A stretch of 64,000 bases of DNA from Lama glama (GCA_028534125.1 CM052818.1:41976001-42040000); one strand, 5' to 3'. Shown: positions 36,260 through 49,199, counted from the stretch's first letter. Numbers and translations are program-made. Notes: generated by a model from the letters alone, not told the origin.

Positions 36260-36610
36260 TTCCCAGGCCAATGAGGGGGTGTGGGGACGTGCTTTCCTCA
36301 CACTTCCACAGGCCTCGGTTTGCCTGTGGTTGTGCCATTTCTCCCCGGACCGGGAGCGGAAGCAGCACCGGGGCGCAGCTGCCCGGCTGAGCCCGCCCAG
36401 GCTAGGGGACCGAGGAGGGGCTGGTCGGGGGCCTGGCAGCCCCGCGGCCCAATCACAGCCCCGAGCGCTGAGGCCGACCAGGGCCTCTGGGGCAGAGTCT
36501 GTGGCGTAGGGGTCAACCTGATGCATTATGTAACAGAAAATAGACCGTGACAGAGAACAATAAACACTGGGCCTGGGAGAGCGACTTTCTTTCTGGCAAC
36601 AGCCGGGTTG
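36260..36610. promoter_or_regulatory. candidate promoter/enhancer: CpG-rich patch with two CCAAT boxes, an ETS site and a GC box
   Basis: CCAAT at 36268-36272 (GGCCAATGAG) and 36449-36453 (GCCCAATCAC); GCGGAAG at 36356; CCCGCCC at 36392; many CpGs in 36340-36480; motif evidence only. Confidence 0.45.
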
Positions 36611-38416
36611 GTAGAGAAATGCTTCTTCATCCACTTTCTTCCGCCCACTGACACATCCACGCGGGGCCAAACTCCTACTCGGGGAAGGGCCCCTAGTTCC
36701 GTCCTCCTCCGCATCTCCGCCCACTCCCAGCATCTCTCATCAGTTCTACTGCAAGAGCCTCTGCCTCCATCTCCCTGCCTTCAGTATGGCCGCCAAGATG
36801 TTTAAACTTTCTAAGGCGCACGGGGACTACAGCCACCCTTCTCCACAGCCCTCAGTGGCTCCCTATTGCCTGGAATCAACCCTGAAGGCGAGGCTGCTGT
36901 GCAGGGCCGTCCTCAATTCCTGGATCACTTCTTGTACCTCACCAGTCTAGGTGACATCTTCTGAATGCAGCTTCCACTTTCTGGCTCAGGCTGCTCCCGC
37001 CGGCTGAAAAGCCCACCCCTTTGCCCCCTCCCACCCATCCCACCCCTGGTTCTTCCTCATCTATAAATCTCTCCCTTTGTGGGTGTGTGTGGTTTCTAAT
37101 TGAAAACTCCCCCTGGCACTTGACCTCCTCTGGACACTTGATTATTTCTTCCTCCAAAGCATATTCTTCCCACCTTCATTTTGTACTTGGCTTCTATGTG
37201 TTTGTCTTCCCATGTCACTGCTAGCTGCTTGAGCAAAAGGATTGTGACTTACTCATTGTTGTGCATCCGTCCCTGCTCTGGAAGAGCTCAGATCACGAGG
37301 GAGAGGCAGACATTTAAACAAACGCACGCAGCAAAGCTTTAGAGGTGCCACAGTAGAAAGACACATAGCGTATTTGTTTAAACGTCTAGGTCATGGGAGC
37401 CGCTGGGCAAAGGCAAAGGGAGGAGAGAAACGGCTGGTGTATACAAGGGACCGCAGAGTTAGCTGAGTACTGCTGGAATGTTCCTGGGGGAGAGGACCTG
37501 CCTGGCATGTTATGCTTACCCTTTGAAAGATTTTTTTAAATTATTAATCAAAATTAATAAACTATCCTAGTATCAGTAAATATCCCCAATCCTCACTGAT
37601 CAGTTTGTCTCTACTAATCTAAGGCATCCAAAATAACACCAATCTAAAGGATAACAAGCAACAGAGGAATAAGAAAAACCTGGAGAACTCAGACCATGCC
37701 CCACTTGGTCATTCTGCTGACCAGAGGGAAGGGGGCACCCACAGAAGATGTTGAGCCATGAGCTCCAGAGGAACCAAGCGGACGGGAGAAGGGGCACAGA
37801 GAGGAGAAATGAAGAGAGGACAAAAGGGCAGGGCAGAGGACGAAGGGTTGGGTGAGATTTATCAATAACTTCAAACAAAAGGAAATCAAGCTGACAGACT
37901 GATAACAGACAAGGTATATTTTTTCTGCTTAGCCTCATCGCAAAAGACCCTTGACGTGGCAGGGAGCAAAACATTTTTAAAACAGCAAATGGTAATAAGA
38001 AAAGCTGATAGTGAAGCTGAGACATTAACAGCAGGGTACAAAATAAGGAAGCCAGTAAGGAAACTATTTTGAAATAGAGGGGAAATTGACACATGGCAGT
38101 TAACTCACCATTCTCTCTGCCCACTCAAGTGCACAAATACAAAAAAGAACAACTCACAAGGGAGAATCAACAGGCACACAGGAAACTCTGTATATTTCAG
38201 GTGACTCCCCAAATCTCTGATCAGACCAGTCCTCAGAAACGTCTCCTTCCATTAACGCCACGACCACCATCATTTGGTAGAATGTTGATTTAATCACCAA
38301 TTGTTTCACATATGCCTAAATGCTATGTTAATTTCATTAGTCTCCTTATCCACACAACAAAGTGCCTCAAATAGAGCCAGACAGATAGCAGATGGTAAAA
38401 ACATTCTGGAAAAACA

Positions 38417-38668
38417 GGGGGATGGGAAGGGATAAATTAGGAGTTCAAGATTTAGAGATACTAACTACTATATATAAAATAGATAAACAATGAGTTTCTA
38501 CTTTATAACCCAGGGAATTATATTCAATATCTTGTAGTAAATTATAATGAAAAAGAATATGGAAAAAATATATGTATGTATCTATATGACTGAAACATGC
38601 TTTACACCAGAAATTGACACACCATGGTAAACTGACTATACTGCAATTTTAAAAATGGTTTTAAAAAG
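38417..38668 (+). mobile_element. younger artiodactyl/camelid-type L1 3' end (5'-truncated)
   Basis: 'gggaagggataaattaggagttcaagattt...actactatatataaaatagataaacaa...cagggaattatattcaatatcttgtagtaa...tacaccagaaattgacaca...aactgactatact'. Confidence 0.85.
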
Positions 38669-38680
38669 AAAGTGCTGGTA

Positions 38681-39255
38681 ATAAATAAAATGTGGTATAT
38701 ACACACAATGGAATACTATTCAGCCTTGAAAAGGAAAGGAATTCTATAGATAAACAAAGTCCTACTGTATAGCACAGGGAACTATATCCAATACCTTGTA
38801 ATGGCCTATTACAAGGAACATGAAAAGAAGTATGTATACGTATAAATGAATCACTGTATTACACCAGAAATTAACACATTATAAATCGACTACATTTCAA
38901 TAATTTTAAAAAAGAACACAATGCTGACATACACTACAACATGGATAAAACTTGAAGACATTATGCTAAGTCTTCATCAAGCCAAACAGAAAAGGACAAA
39001 TCTGGTATGATCCCCCTTAAGGTACCTAAAATACTCAAATTCATTGAGATAGAAAGTAGAACAGACATTTCTGAGAATGGGCATCCTTGTTTAACAGGTA
39101 CAGAGTTTCCATTTAGGTTGATGAAGAAGTTCTGGAGGTGGATGGTGGTTGTTGGCTGCACATCAGTGTGAATGTACTTAATGCCACTGCATTATACACT
39201 TGAAAATCGTTCAGATGATACATTTTATGTTCTACGTATCTTACCACCAAGAAGA
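38681..39255 (+). mobile_element. older L1 (L1MB-like) 3' end, interrupted by a younger L1
   Basis: 'aaaatgtggtatatacacacaatggaatactattcagcc...' resumes at ~38921 'ctgacatacactacaacatggat..aacttgaagacattatgctaagt...gtgaatgtacttaatgccactg'; TSD AAAGTGCTGGTA at 38669-38680 and 39256-39267. Confidence 0.9.
38746..38915 (+). mobile_element. younger artiodactyl/camelid-type L1 3' end nested in the L1MB-like copy
   Basis: 'atagataaacaaagtcctactgtatagcacagggaactatatccaataccttgtaatggcctat...tacaccagaaattaacacattataaatcgactacatttcaataa'. Confidence 0.85.
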
Positions 39256-40479
39256 AAAGTGCTGGTAGAGCACAGGTTTCAGAAAGTGGAGAAAGCAAAC
39301 ACACAGCTTTCCTCTTCCTCTCTGCCCTCCCCAACTTAAAGCCCAGTAAACTCTCTGGCTGGAGAGTTGACCAAAGGAGACAGGGCTACCCTCTTCCCGC
39401 ATTGTTTACTCAGATCAGAAGATTTTTACATAATTGGTCAACAGGGTTAGGTAAGACTGTGGGCTAACACTATGCACTATGGCCCCACCAGCTACTCAGC
39501 AGGGAGAGAGGGCAGAGGCCTCAGGAAGGTCAAAAGAATGGGATGTATGATGAAATGACGTTATCTGCACTGTCAACATGCAGAAAGGGAATGTTGACAT
39601 GCTCCCCTCTGAAGCCATACGGATTTTGTGTCCAAAGACTCAAGGGGAAATTATATATGGATGAACTATTTACACTTGCTTCTTTTGGGGAGACATTTCC
39701 ATCCCTCCACACTCTTCAGTCCTACAGCCAACAGATGAGCTGGTGGGCCCCACCTTCTTGCGTTCATACCATGCTTCCACTGCCTAGAATTGTTAGCTGT
39801 GCATCTGGAAGGACTGAACCGCATATACAGAACACAGTTCTTCCAGCTCCTGTCAACCATGTGTCACTGCCTGAACAGAAGTGGTGACTCCACTGCCCTC
39901 CTTCTCTTAGGTATTCACACAGCAAATACTCACATAATCTGGTAAGCGAGTGGTCTTTTTTTGTCATTGCTTGATATTTGATCATTCCCCTCTTTTTTTT
40001 TTTGCCGGTGACAAGGCATATCCTACAATGTCCAGTGTCGAACCCTCCATCTTCACAACTGGTCCAGCATCCAGCATCATCACAGTGTGTATCTTCAGTC
40101 ATAGGCCAGAGTAGATGAGGACTGAGATTCTGGGGTTGGGGCATTTAACTAGAAATTAGGCGTTTTCTAAGGGGTTGTTTTAAACTCCTCTGATTCCCCG
40201 GCTCCTCTCTGGTGTTGTATTAAATTCAAGGCAAGCATTTTTTGGAGTCTCTGCTGTCTGCCAACAGCTACCTTGGTCGCTGTGGCTGGAACCCAGACCA
40301 TTTGGTACGTGAGCCAGTGTGGATGCACAGAGGACTAGAGGACCAGGTCCAGCAGCCCGAGTACTAATCGAGGCACCACCACTGACCAGCGCGACTCTCT
40401 CAGGCCAAGCGCTTTCTTCGTCCCAGATCTTGCTGCTTCTTCTACAAAATGGAGAAAATAATAAGGCTTTTAATTAAGT

Positions 40480-40720
40480 GCTTAACATGCAGCAAATTCT
40501 GCAAGTGCATTATCCCCAATTCTCTCAGCCATCACCGCTTCATGGTAGGTGCTACCACCATCATTTTTACGGATGAGAAAAAGTGAAGTCCAGGGACTGG
40601 AATGACTTGTCCAACAGCAGCACACAGCCAGCATGTAGCAGAGCTGGATTTGAACCCAGTTCCAGTCAGTCTGGGCCACAACCTGGTCCTCCAGTTCTCT
40701 GTGCATCCACACTAGTTCAC
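40480..40720 (-). mobile_element. MIR SINE
   Basis: 'catttttacggatgagaaaaagtgaagtccaggga...tgacttgtccaa...cacacagc...gcagagctggatttgaacccag'. Confidence 0.85.
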
Positions 40721-40949
40721 ATACCAAATGGTCTGGGCTATATACCCACTAATATAGAGCTGATTTCTCTCACTGATTCATTTGTAATTCCTCTCTCGCT
40801 GGCTACCATGAGATAAGAGCAAAGTGCCAGGTAAATTGTTTAAGGATTTCAAATAAAAGTGATTGTTTTTAACTTTATTAGAAAAAAATTAAAAGCTAAA
40901 TTATTGAGGAGTAAGTGATATATTTATTGTTTTTTTTTAAAAATGGCAT

Positions 40950-41415
40950 AGCTTTTAAGAAGCTCTATTGAGCTCTAATTCACATATCATACAATGCACC
41001 CATTTGAAATGGACAATTCAATGTTTTTTAGCTTATTGAGAGAGTTGTGCATTCATCACAAAAAGTTTTAGCACATTTTCATCCCCCTGAAAAAGAAATC
41101 CCACATCACTTAGCAGTCACTACCCAGCTCTCCCAGCCCCTGGCAACCACGAGTCTACTTCTGTCTTTATGGATTTGCCTATTCTGGACATTTGATATAA
41201 ATGGAATTATACAGTATGTGCCTGTAAGCTGGCTTCTTTCACTTAGCAAATGTTTCCAAGTTTCACCCATGTTATAGCATGATGTTGTAGCATGTATCAA
41301 AACTTCATTTTAAATATCCAATACTATTGCATTCTATAGATACGACACATTTTATTCATCCATTCACCCACTGATGGACATTTGAATTGCTTCAGCTTTT
41401 CTGATCTTATGCATT
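40950..41415 (-). mobile_element. L1 (L1MB-like) 3' end
   Basis: 'taattcacatatcatacaatgcacccattt...cagcccctggcaaccac...tctttatggatttgcctattctggacatttgatataaatggaatt...ctggcttctttcacttagca...gatggacattt'. Confidence 0.9.
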
Positions 41416-41424
41416 AGATATCAT

Positions 41425-41745
41425 TTGTTTTTACTGGCGTGTAATTTGCAGACTCTGAAATGTACAGACTTTCAGTATATAGTTTTCATAGTTTAAAAAT
41501 GTCTCCCTATGGAACTACCACCCCATGAAGATAAAGAACATTTTCACCAGCCCAGGAAGCCCCTCCTGGCCAATCCTTCCCCTGCCAGGGGTAACCTCTG
41601 TTCTGATCTCTGTCTCTGTAGGTTAGCTTTGCGGCTCTCAAACTTCGTGTAAGTGGCATCATAGGTGTATGTTCTCTTCTATGTCTCCCTTCTTAAATTC
41701 AGCACAACACCTATGAGATTCATCCACGTTGCTGTGGGTATCTGT
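41425..41745 (-). mobile_element. older L1 (L1ME/L1MC-like) 3' end
   Basis: 'aagataaagaacattttcaccagcccaggaag...ggtaacctctgttctgatctct...tgagattcatccacgttgctg'. Confidence 0.75.
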
Positions 41746-44494
41746 CCTTTGCACTCATTTGGGTTTAAAAGAACATATGTATTTCAACAGGTGAAGCTGA
41801 GAGAGTGAGGACATTGGGGGAGGAGGGCAGAGGCTCGCAGGGAGCAGAGGGACACAGGGCGCAGTCCAGTGGGCAGGCATAGCTGGGTGGTTCTGGCTGA
41901 CCTCAAGGGGAGATTAGCGCGGGGCCAGGAGTGTGCCCAGAATCCAGGATGGGCAGGAGGAGTGTGGACACAGAGAACCCGGGAGAGGCTCCAGCCTCCA
42001 CAGGGACTGCAGGATGGGGCTGCCCTTCCCAGAGCCTTCATCCTTTATTTATGTCATCTGATCCTCACGACAGCCCCGCAAACGGGCAGCCGCTTTCTCC
42101 AGGCCTTCCCAGCGCCCCCTGCAGGTTCTCATGCAGCTGCCTCCATTTCCCCTCTGGACCCTGGTGTGACCAGTGAGTCCTTTCATCTCTTGAACCCTTG
42201 ACTCTGGCAAGAGGCAGAGCAGACTTGAACATAGCCTACCACCCCCGAACCCCCAAATGCTTTGTTTAGAGAAATGCCGCCTCCTTTGAAGTCCTCAGCC
42301 TGGCTGCCTGCCTCCCCTAGGCTGCTTCTCTGCACCCGACCTGCCGACACCTACGTCCTCCTCCTCCTCACAGCCGGCAGTGTGCCCGCGCTCAGCTTGG
42401 CTGGCCGGGAGGGATGTTGAAACCTATTTATGATTTCACATAATTAACTCCAGCCTCCGGGTGCCTCAGGAGTCCTTGGTCAGGTGAGGGAGTTGTGGCT
42501 TACGAGTGGGATCCCTCCACAGGGACCATCTTCCAAGTCCCCGAAGAGTAGGGGCCAACCCTGACTTCTGAGGTCCAAGGCCGCTGCTTCCTAGCAGCTT
42601 CCCTTCAAGGGCTCCCCTGACCAGGACAGAAAGGCCAGGAGAGCTTATGAGGCTAAAAGATGACTCCCCTTCCCAGCATTGCTGAGTGGGAGGGCCTGCA
42701 GCCCCAGTAGACAGAGCAGGGTCGACAGCTGGGAGATCTGGGTCCCAGCCCCCAGCCCCCCACCATCATGCTGGGTGACCTGAGACTGTCCCCCCACTCC
42801 CTGGTCTTCAGTCCCTGTCCAACCTGCTGGAAGAAAACAATACACAGGTTGCTCTTTGGAATAATGTCCTCACTGATCAGGCGTGAGGAATGGCCTTTCA
42901 GCCCAGGTGTCCTTACTTGCTAAACTGTCATTCACTTGAGGCAGGGAAGGGAAAATGAAAGAAGCTGCCAGTAACTGGGTGACGCTGTGGGTGCCCTAAG
43001 TCAGCTTTCTCTCTCCAGCTCCCACCACCCCTCCCGGAGGAAAGCCCAAGGTATATGGGGCATTATTACCTCCATTTCACAGAGGAGAAAACTGAGGCTC
43101 ATAGGCGTCTGTACAGACCTGAGACAGACCCGAGCATACAGAAGATGCTCAGTGTCTGCTGACTGACTTGTGGACTGTACCACACGATGGTGCCAATATC
43201 AGCTCAGCTGAAAATTGACTACAACTAGTGGAGTTGACATAAAGTGTTTCGGTTGTGCTATTGAGAATTATACCAGTATTACATGCTTCAGTTTTCATTG
43301 ATTGTTGAGTTGTTTCTTTATTGCTTATTGTTTTCCAGAGAAATACAGTATCTTAAAAAAAATTTTTTTTAACTCAGTTCAGCATCAGCCAAGTCCCCAC
43401 CCTGGTTCCCCTCAGCACCCTCTCACTCTGTGCACGGTAGTCCTGTGCTGGGAGGGGCTGTCTGCTGCCCCAGAGCTGGGGGCAGGGAAAGCTGGACCTG
43501 GGCTGAGCTGAAGACGGGCCCCACCCAAGTCCTGTGCATCTTGTGGGTGGTGGCACCTGTCCTTCAAGGGCTCTATTGGATCCTCCCAGGTCCCCCTCCC
43601 CACCAGCCTCTGGGAATCTTGCACCATTCATGGCCTCTGGGATAGATCAGACCACAGCCGCCCAGGGCAACACACAGGAGGGCACCTCATCTTCCCAGGA
43701 ACATGGGGCTTCTCAGCAGAATTTGAAGCAGCCAGAGAAGATCAGAATGCCTCTCCACCACACCCTGCCCCACACCCTCCTCTCCCCCTCCAAAATGACC
43801 CTGTCCCCTTAGTGCCACCCCTTACGCTGACCCAGTGTGACCAGCCCAGACACATGGGGAGGATGGAGCTGCACAGGACGTGTGCCCCTCGGGGAGCCTG
43901 CGGTCTGGCTGGAGTCGGGGGACGGGCGGGGAGCACACACCGAGGAAGAGCTGTGCAGCCACGCCCTCTTAACTCGCTCATCCCTCACCACTAACACGTG
44001 AAGGCTGGGAGAAGCCCAGTGCTGGGCGCCCAGTTCTTGCAGACAAAACACCAAGCCCCTCCTTTAAACAACTTCATCCCGTTCAGGAAAGACCAGGAAA
44101 CCAGAGTTATTGGTTCAGCCTGCAGGGGGTGCTCATGCAGAGCCAGCTGCTGCAGGAGCCTGGGCCACCCACCTTAGTGGCTCCAGCCAGAGGGCCTGGG
44201 GATGGTGTGGCAGCTGCTGTAAGCAAGGCTGGAACCTCAGAGAGAGTGGGGACCAGAGGGGGCTCACAGTGGGGCCCAGGCCTGCAATCTCAGCCACACC
44301 CAGCTGATGTACAGTGAACGCTGGCTGTCACTACTACCATCATATTGTCACCATTCCCATCCTGCTACCACCGCTATTTCCACTCTCCCAGGGTCTTCGA
44401 CTTTCCCAGCTGTTAAATACGGGTTGGCCTCCAAGACCTCACAAGACTTTTCTGGCCCTGGTTTTCTTGGTTCAATACTTGTGTAATCCTAAAA

Positions 44495-44725
44495 GCCTGG
44501 AGTTGATGATTCCACAGGCTCCTGAGTTTGGGTCCCAGCTTCACCACTTCCTGGCTGTCTAACTTTAGACAGGCTAGTTCAACCTCTGAGCCTCAGTCTC
44601 CCTGTCTGCAAAATGGGATCATAGCAGTACCCCCCCCCCTGGCAGGACTGTTGTGAAGATCAAATATGAAAGTGCTTTTAAAGGGCCCAGCACAATGCTT
44701 GGCCCACGATAGCGGCTCAAGAGAT
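44495..44725 (+). mobile_element. MIR SINE
   Basis: 'tcccagcttcaccacttcctggctgt...aacctctgagcctcagtctccctgtctgcaaaatgggat...ttgtgaagatcaaat'. Confidence 0.85.
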
Positions 44726-47700
44726 GGGAGCTCCCTTTCCTCTGCTCTCTCTCACTTTCTCTCTTTTTTTTTTTTCCCCCTTCCTTTTTTTCGGCAAAGT
44801 AATTTTCCCCAGGGCGAGCTCTGTTCCTGGGGAGAATTCAGGAAGATTTTGCATAATTTCTCTTCTCACAGTTCTCTGGTTGCTCTCGGAGGAGTTTGCA
44901 GAGCTGGAGAGAGGAGGTGGGCCCTGCGGGCAGGTAGTCGGAGGGCAGGCTTTAGACTGGTGGGGAGGGACATGAAGGTGATGACCAAAGTGAAAAGAAT
45001 GTTTGCTTCGCAGCCAGGGTTCCGGGCCCCGGACCAGGTGCTCGGCCGGCTTTTTCATCCTGACAGCAGCCGACTGAAGAAGGCCACGTTGTCCTCCTGT
45101 TAAAGAAGCAGCGAGTGAGTCTCAGAGAGGCAACTGAACCTTTTCTACTGCCTGGGGCCTCTTGAATGCCAAAGAGCAAACCAGAAGAGAGACTGTTTCC
45201 GGACAATGGCCTATTAACACTCATTACCCATAAAACGGGTAGTTTTCAAATAGCCAGATAATTGAGGCCATTGGGTGGAAGGGGGCTGGAATTACCTGAT
45301 TAATTGCCTCACTTCTGGGCCTCACGTGTTTGGACACAGCCTAGGAGAAGCTGCTGGCGCTTTGAAGTCTTGCTGCACTTTCCCCGTCTCTCCTCTTCCA
45401 GTCTGAGCATCCCACCCCGTTTCCTGCTTTGTGCAAGAGCCCGTACCTCATCAGTCAGCGCGGGACAGCCATAAACTTTTATTTTTAATCCTCATTTTCC
45501 AAAGCAACCCTTTTGGCCTTTTCTCGGCTTTTATTGAGCTCCGAGAACCACCGATTCATTCATTCGTTTGTTCATTTGATAAAAATGTAGCAAGTACCTA
45601 CTCCCTGCCAAGCTCTATTTTAGGCCCCAGGGAACACAACAGCAAAACAAAAACAAAAACAGAAACAGAATGCTCCCACCACGCCCACCCCGCCCCCTGT
45701 CAAATGCTGGCTCCTGGCAGGGAGAGTGTGGGCAAGTGATGGAACCCCTCCCGGCCTTGTTTCCTCCTCTATAAAATGAGCACAGTGCCATACCTGCCTC
45801 TTGGGGTTATTTAGAGAATTAAAGGACTCATTCTCTAAAAATAAAAACAAAATCAAATTCCCTGCTCATATAGAAGTTACATTCTAGAAGGGCGAGACAG
45901 ACAAATAAATAAACAAGTGGTTTCTTCCAGGTGGTGATAAGAGCTTTGGAGAAAAGACGGCGAGGTGAGGGGGTGTAATTCACATCTGGTGCAGGCTTGA
46001 TGTAATGTGCCTCCGAACGGGCCTGAGTCCAGGAAAGGAAGCGGCCAGGCGGGCTCCTGGGGGAGGGCCTTCTCTGCTCAGAGGATCATCGGGTGTGCCG
46101 GAAGCACCCCCATCCCAGGGAACCCTTCAGTTCTGGGGACATCGGGATGCTGGTCACCCTGGGAGCAGGAAGTGCAGGGCCCTGAGTGGGTGTGGATTGA
46201 GCTCGGCTGACAGCGGCGGGCAGGCGGGCAAGGGCCCGGCCAGGGCAGCACACGCCATGCATGCTTTTCCTCACCTTTCCGTAAACACCCTGGAGCCACC
46301 CTGAGATGTATCAGCATCGGGGGAGGAAGGTTCGTTTTTGCCAGGAAAAGATGGGAAGACATTTTTCTCAGCGAACACCTAGCATGACACCTGGTATCTT
46401 AGATGGTGTGTCAGAGGAGCCCCAGGAAGCAGCGCCGCTGTCGGCTTTGTTTCTTAGAGAAGCAAACTGAGGTGGGAAGGGTTTAAGCACTTGCCCACAC
46501 TCTCCTGGCCTGGCTGTGAGCCAGGGTTTGCAGCGGGTGGCGGGTCCCCACTCTGTCCCTACACGTGTGTTGTCTCCTGCCACTCCGCCACGTGCCGGAG
46601 AAGCAGGCAGGACAGGGATGAACCTCTCATTTTACAGGTGGGGAAACCAAGACTCTGGGCCGGGGGTGGTTGGTCTACGATCACACAGTCAGTGGTTGGT
46701 TCACATTTTATCTGAGGCCTCACGAGGTCCATTCCTGGCTTGTTCTTTTCTACAGTGACTTAGTTCAAGTGGTAACGCCCATACCCCCACGCCCCAGGCC
46801 AGGCTTCTTGCAGAAGTCAGGCTCCAGGAAGAGAGCTAGAGGGCGAGTTCCACAGCCGAGAAAAGAGGCATCGCCTGGACGGACCCCAGTCCCCTGCTCC
46901 ATTCACACCTTCCTTCCTCGTCCCAAGGCTGCCCCTCCCCATGGCCGGGTGGGCAAGGGGCTCCGCTGCATCGGGGGAATCCCTGAGGGAACTTGCCTGG
47001 ACCGCTTGCCCCTCACCCATCCACCTCGTCCCTGCCGCTCCTTTCCCAGGGGGCAGAGAATTATTTGTTTTTCCTGTTGCCCTGATTTATGGGCCACTTT
47101 GTTCTTTATCTATTTGCACAAACTCAGTAAAGTGACCTGCTCCTTCCCAGAGGTCAGAGATTCTGTCAACACCTCAGGGTCACAGGTCAGTCGACCTGCC
47201 CAGGGTGGAAGGGGTTACAGGAGGTCACCTGGGAATGGATGGTAGACACCGAGTTTGCTCAGGCTAAGTGGCTCCGTGCTGGGACTCTCGGGCAGACGGG
47301 AGAAGTGATCACGCACAGCGCACCTACTGTGCGCCGGATTCTGAGCTCAGCCCTCACATTCCAGCAATAGTCCTGATGGAGACATCAGTGTCCCCACTGA
47401 ACAGAGGTGGGGACCAAGGTTTTGAGAGATGGAACGATTCATCCAATATGACCCGAAGCGGGACTCACATCAAGGTCTCCTGACTGTTTTCCCACCACAC
47501 AGCCCAGCTGAGGCACACAGGCCAGTGAGGCTCCAGTGACCAGGACGGATTTATGCCTCTTGTAGCTGGGGGTTCAGATCAGAAAGCCTAGCTGGCTTGA
47601 TATCATCTTTTCATCCTTCCCTCCGTTAGGAACCACAATCCTCTCCTCCCTCTACACCTCTCTGAAGTCCCCAGGACTGCTTCATTACAGGGCCTCTGGG

Positions 47701-48244
47701 GTGTGACCACACGAAGGTCACAGGGGAATAGACTCAAGCCATCCGTGGGCAGACATCACTACATACATTCACAAGCAAGTTGGAATCCCTGTGCCAAGCC
47801 CCACTGAGGCTCTGAAAGGGTCAGCGAGGAGGCCATCCAAAGGCCTCTGCAAATGGCAGGTGCCCCCCTGGCTGTGTGAGCTTGGACAGCCCGCATCCTC
47901 CAAGCCTCAGTCTTCTCCATCAGTAAATGGCATCGACTTCCCAGGCATGGGGTGAGGGTCCTGCAGGAGAAAGCATGGGCGTGCTCTGTGAACGGTGAGG
48001 AATTTCAATCTCTTTATTTCATAGATGGAGGGATGGAGGTGCAGAGAGAGAAATGGAGCTCAGACAGGGGAGCAAAATAGGCCCAAACAACATTGCCTAA
48101 GACGCGGCTCCCCTGGACTGTCCACGGCACTGACAGGGCGCCAGGGGTTCTTCCTCTCTTTCTCTCACTCTGCAAACACATCCCTAAAGTGGGTTCGCCA
48201 CACACTCTCAGAACGTTTTAGAAATCTCTCAAAGGACCAGCCTT

Positions 48245-48600
48245 AGTCAACCAATGCTGACCGAGTGTAATCCAGTCTATTCCAAATTGGTCCAAGTCAG
48301 CCACTTGACATTCTATTCCACTAGCCAAATGAGCTCCTCTTTGCCGAGAATAACCAAAGACATTCATGACAATAAACGCAATTCAATTAAATTTGACCTG
48401 TGCCAGCTCAGTATTTGCACTGCACAACAAATCCCATCATATTCCAACTTGTACCCAAACAACCCCGTCCAACATAACCCAACCCATCCAATCTAGCTCC
48501 CCTCTGAGAGCAAACACCCCAACCCAAGTTACTCAGTCTAGTTCATACTGATATGATGCCACATGCATCTCTGCCCCAAACCACACAGTCCAACTTATCA
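48245..48600. repeat. highly degenerate 5-bp periodic repeat (YCCAR/CCAAC-like)
   Basis: in-phase pentamers such as 'tgtaa tccag tctat tccaa attgg tccaa gtcag' and 'caaca taacc caacc catcc aatct'. Confidence 0.6.
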
Positions 48601-49199
48601 CAAACAAATGTCTCTTGACATATATTGAAGGTAAAAACAATTTTTTTAAGGTGAGAAATCAAGTCTAAAGGAAGGAGCACCTTCAGATGTTTTCAGCCAT
48701 TCGGCTTCTAATAATTCCTTCAAATAGGTCTTCTTTTGGTCTGAACTGTGTGCTGTTTTCATTCCAGCTTCTACCTGGGAACCTCTCCTTCCTTCTGCTC
48801 ATCTCCGTGTCACTCAGTGCCCCAGACAGCCCTCACCTCCGACACGGATACCTTCCCAGGAGATTTCAGACCATGGTTTCTCTCTTCATATTTTTTCCCT
48901 TAGAATGACTAAGACTCGTTGAAGCCCAGGGGCAAGCTTATATGCCATGATATTCTTTACTCTTAGTGAGAACGGTGTCTTCCCCAGTCACACTGCGAGC
49001 TTCTGGAATCAAGGATCAGTGTGATAGTAAAGTCTGCATAGCGTATTCGGTGATAGATGAGGATTTCAGTGATCGTTTTTACCACACACATGCTTTTTCC
49101 TCTACACGTTGTCTGCCTTTGGAATCTCACTCCTAAAACATGGAGTTCTTTTGGACTGCTTTTCCCTCACTCTTGCTTGCTTCCGATTCATTTCCCAGT

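Noticed and set aside
37600..38124. 174-aa hydrophobic, membrane-like ORF
   Set aside because: Hydrophobicity follows from the T-rich minus strand; no domain recognised
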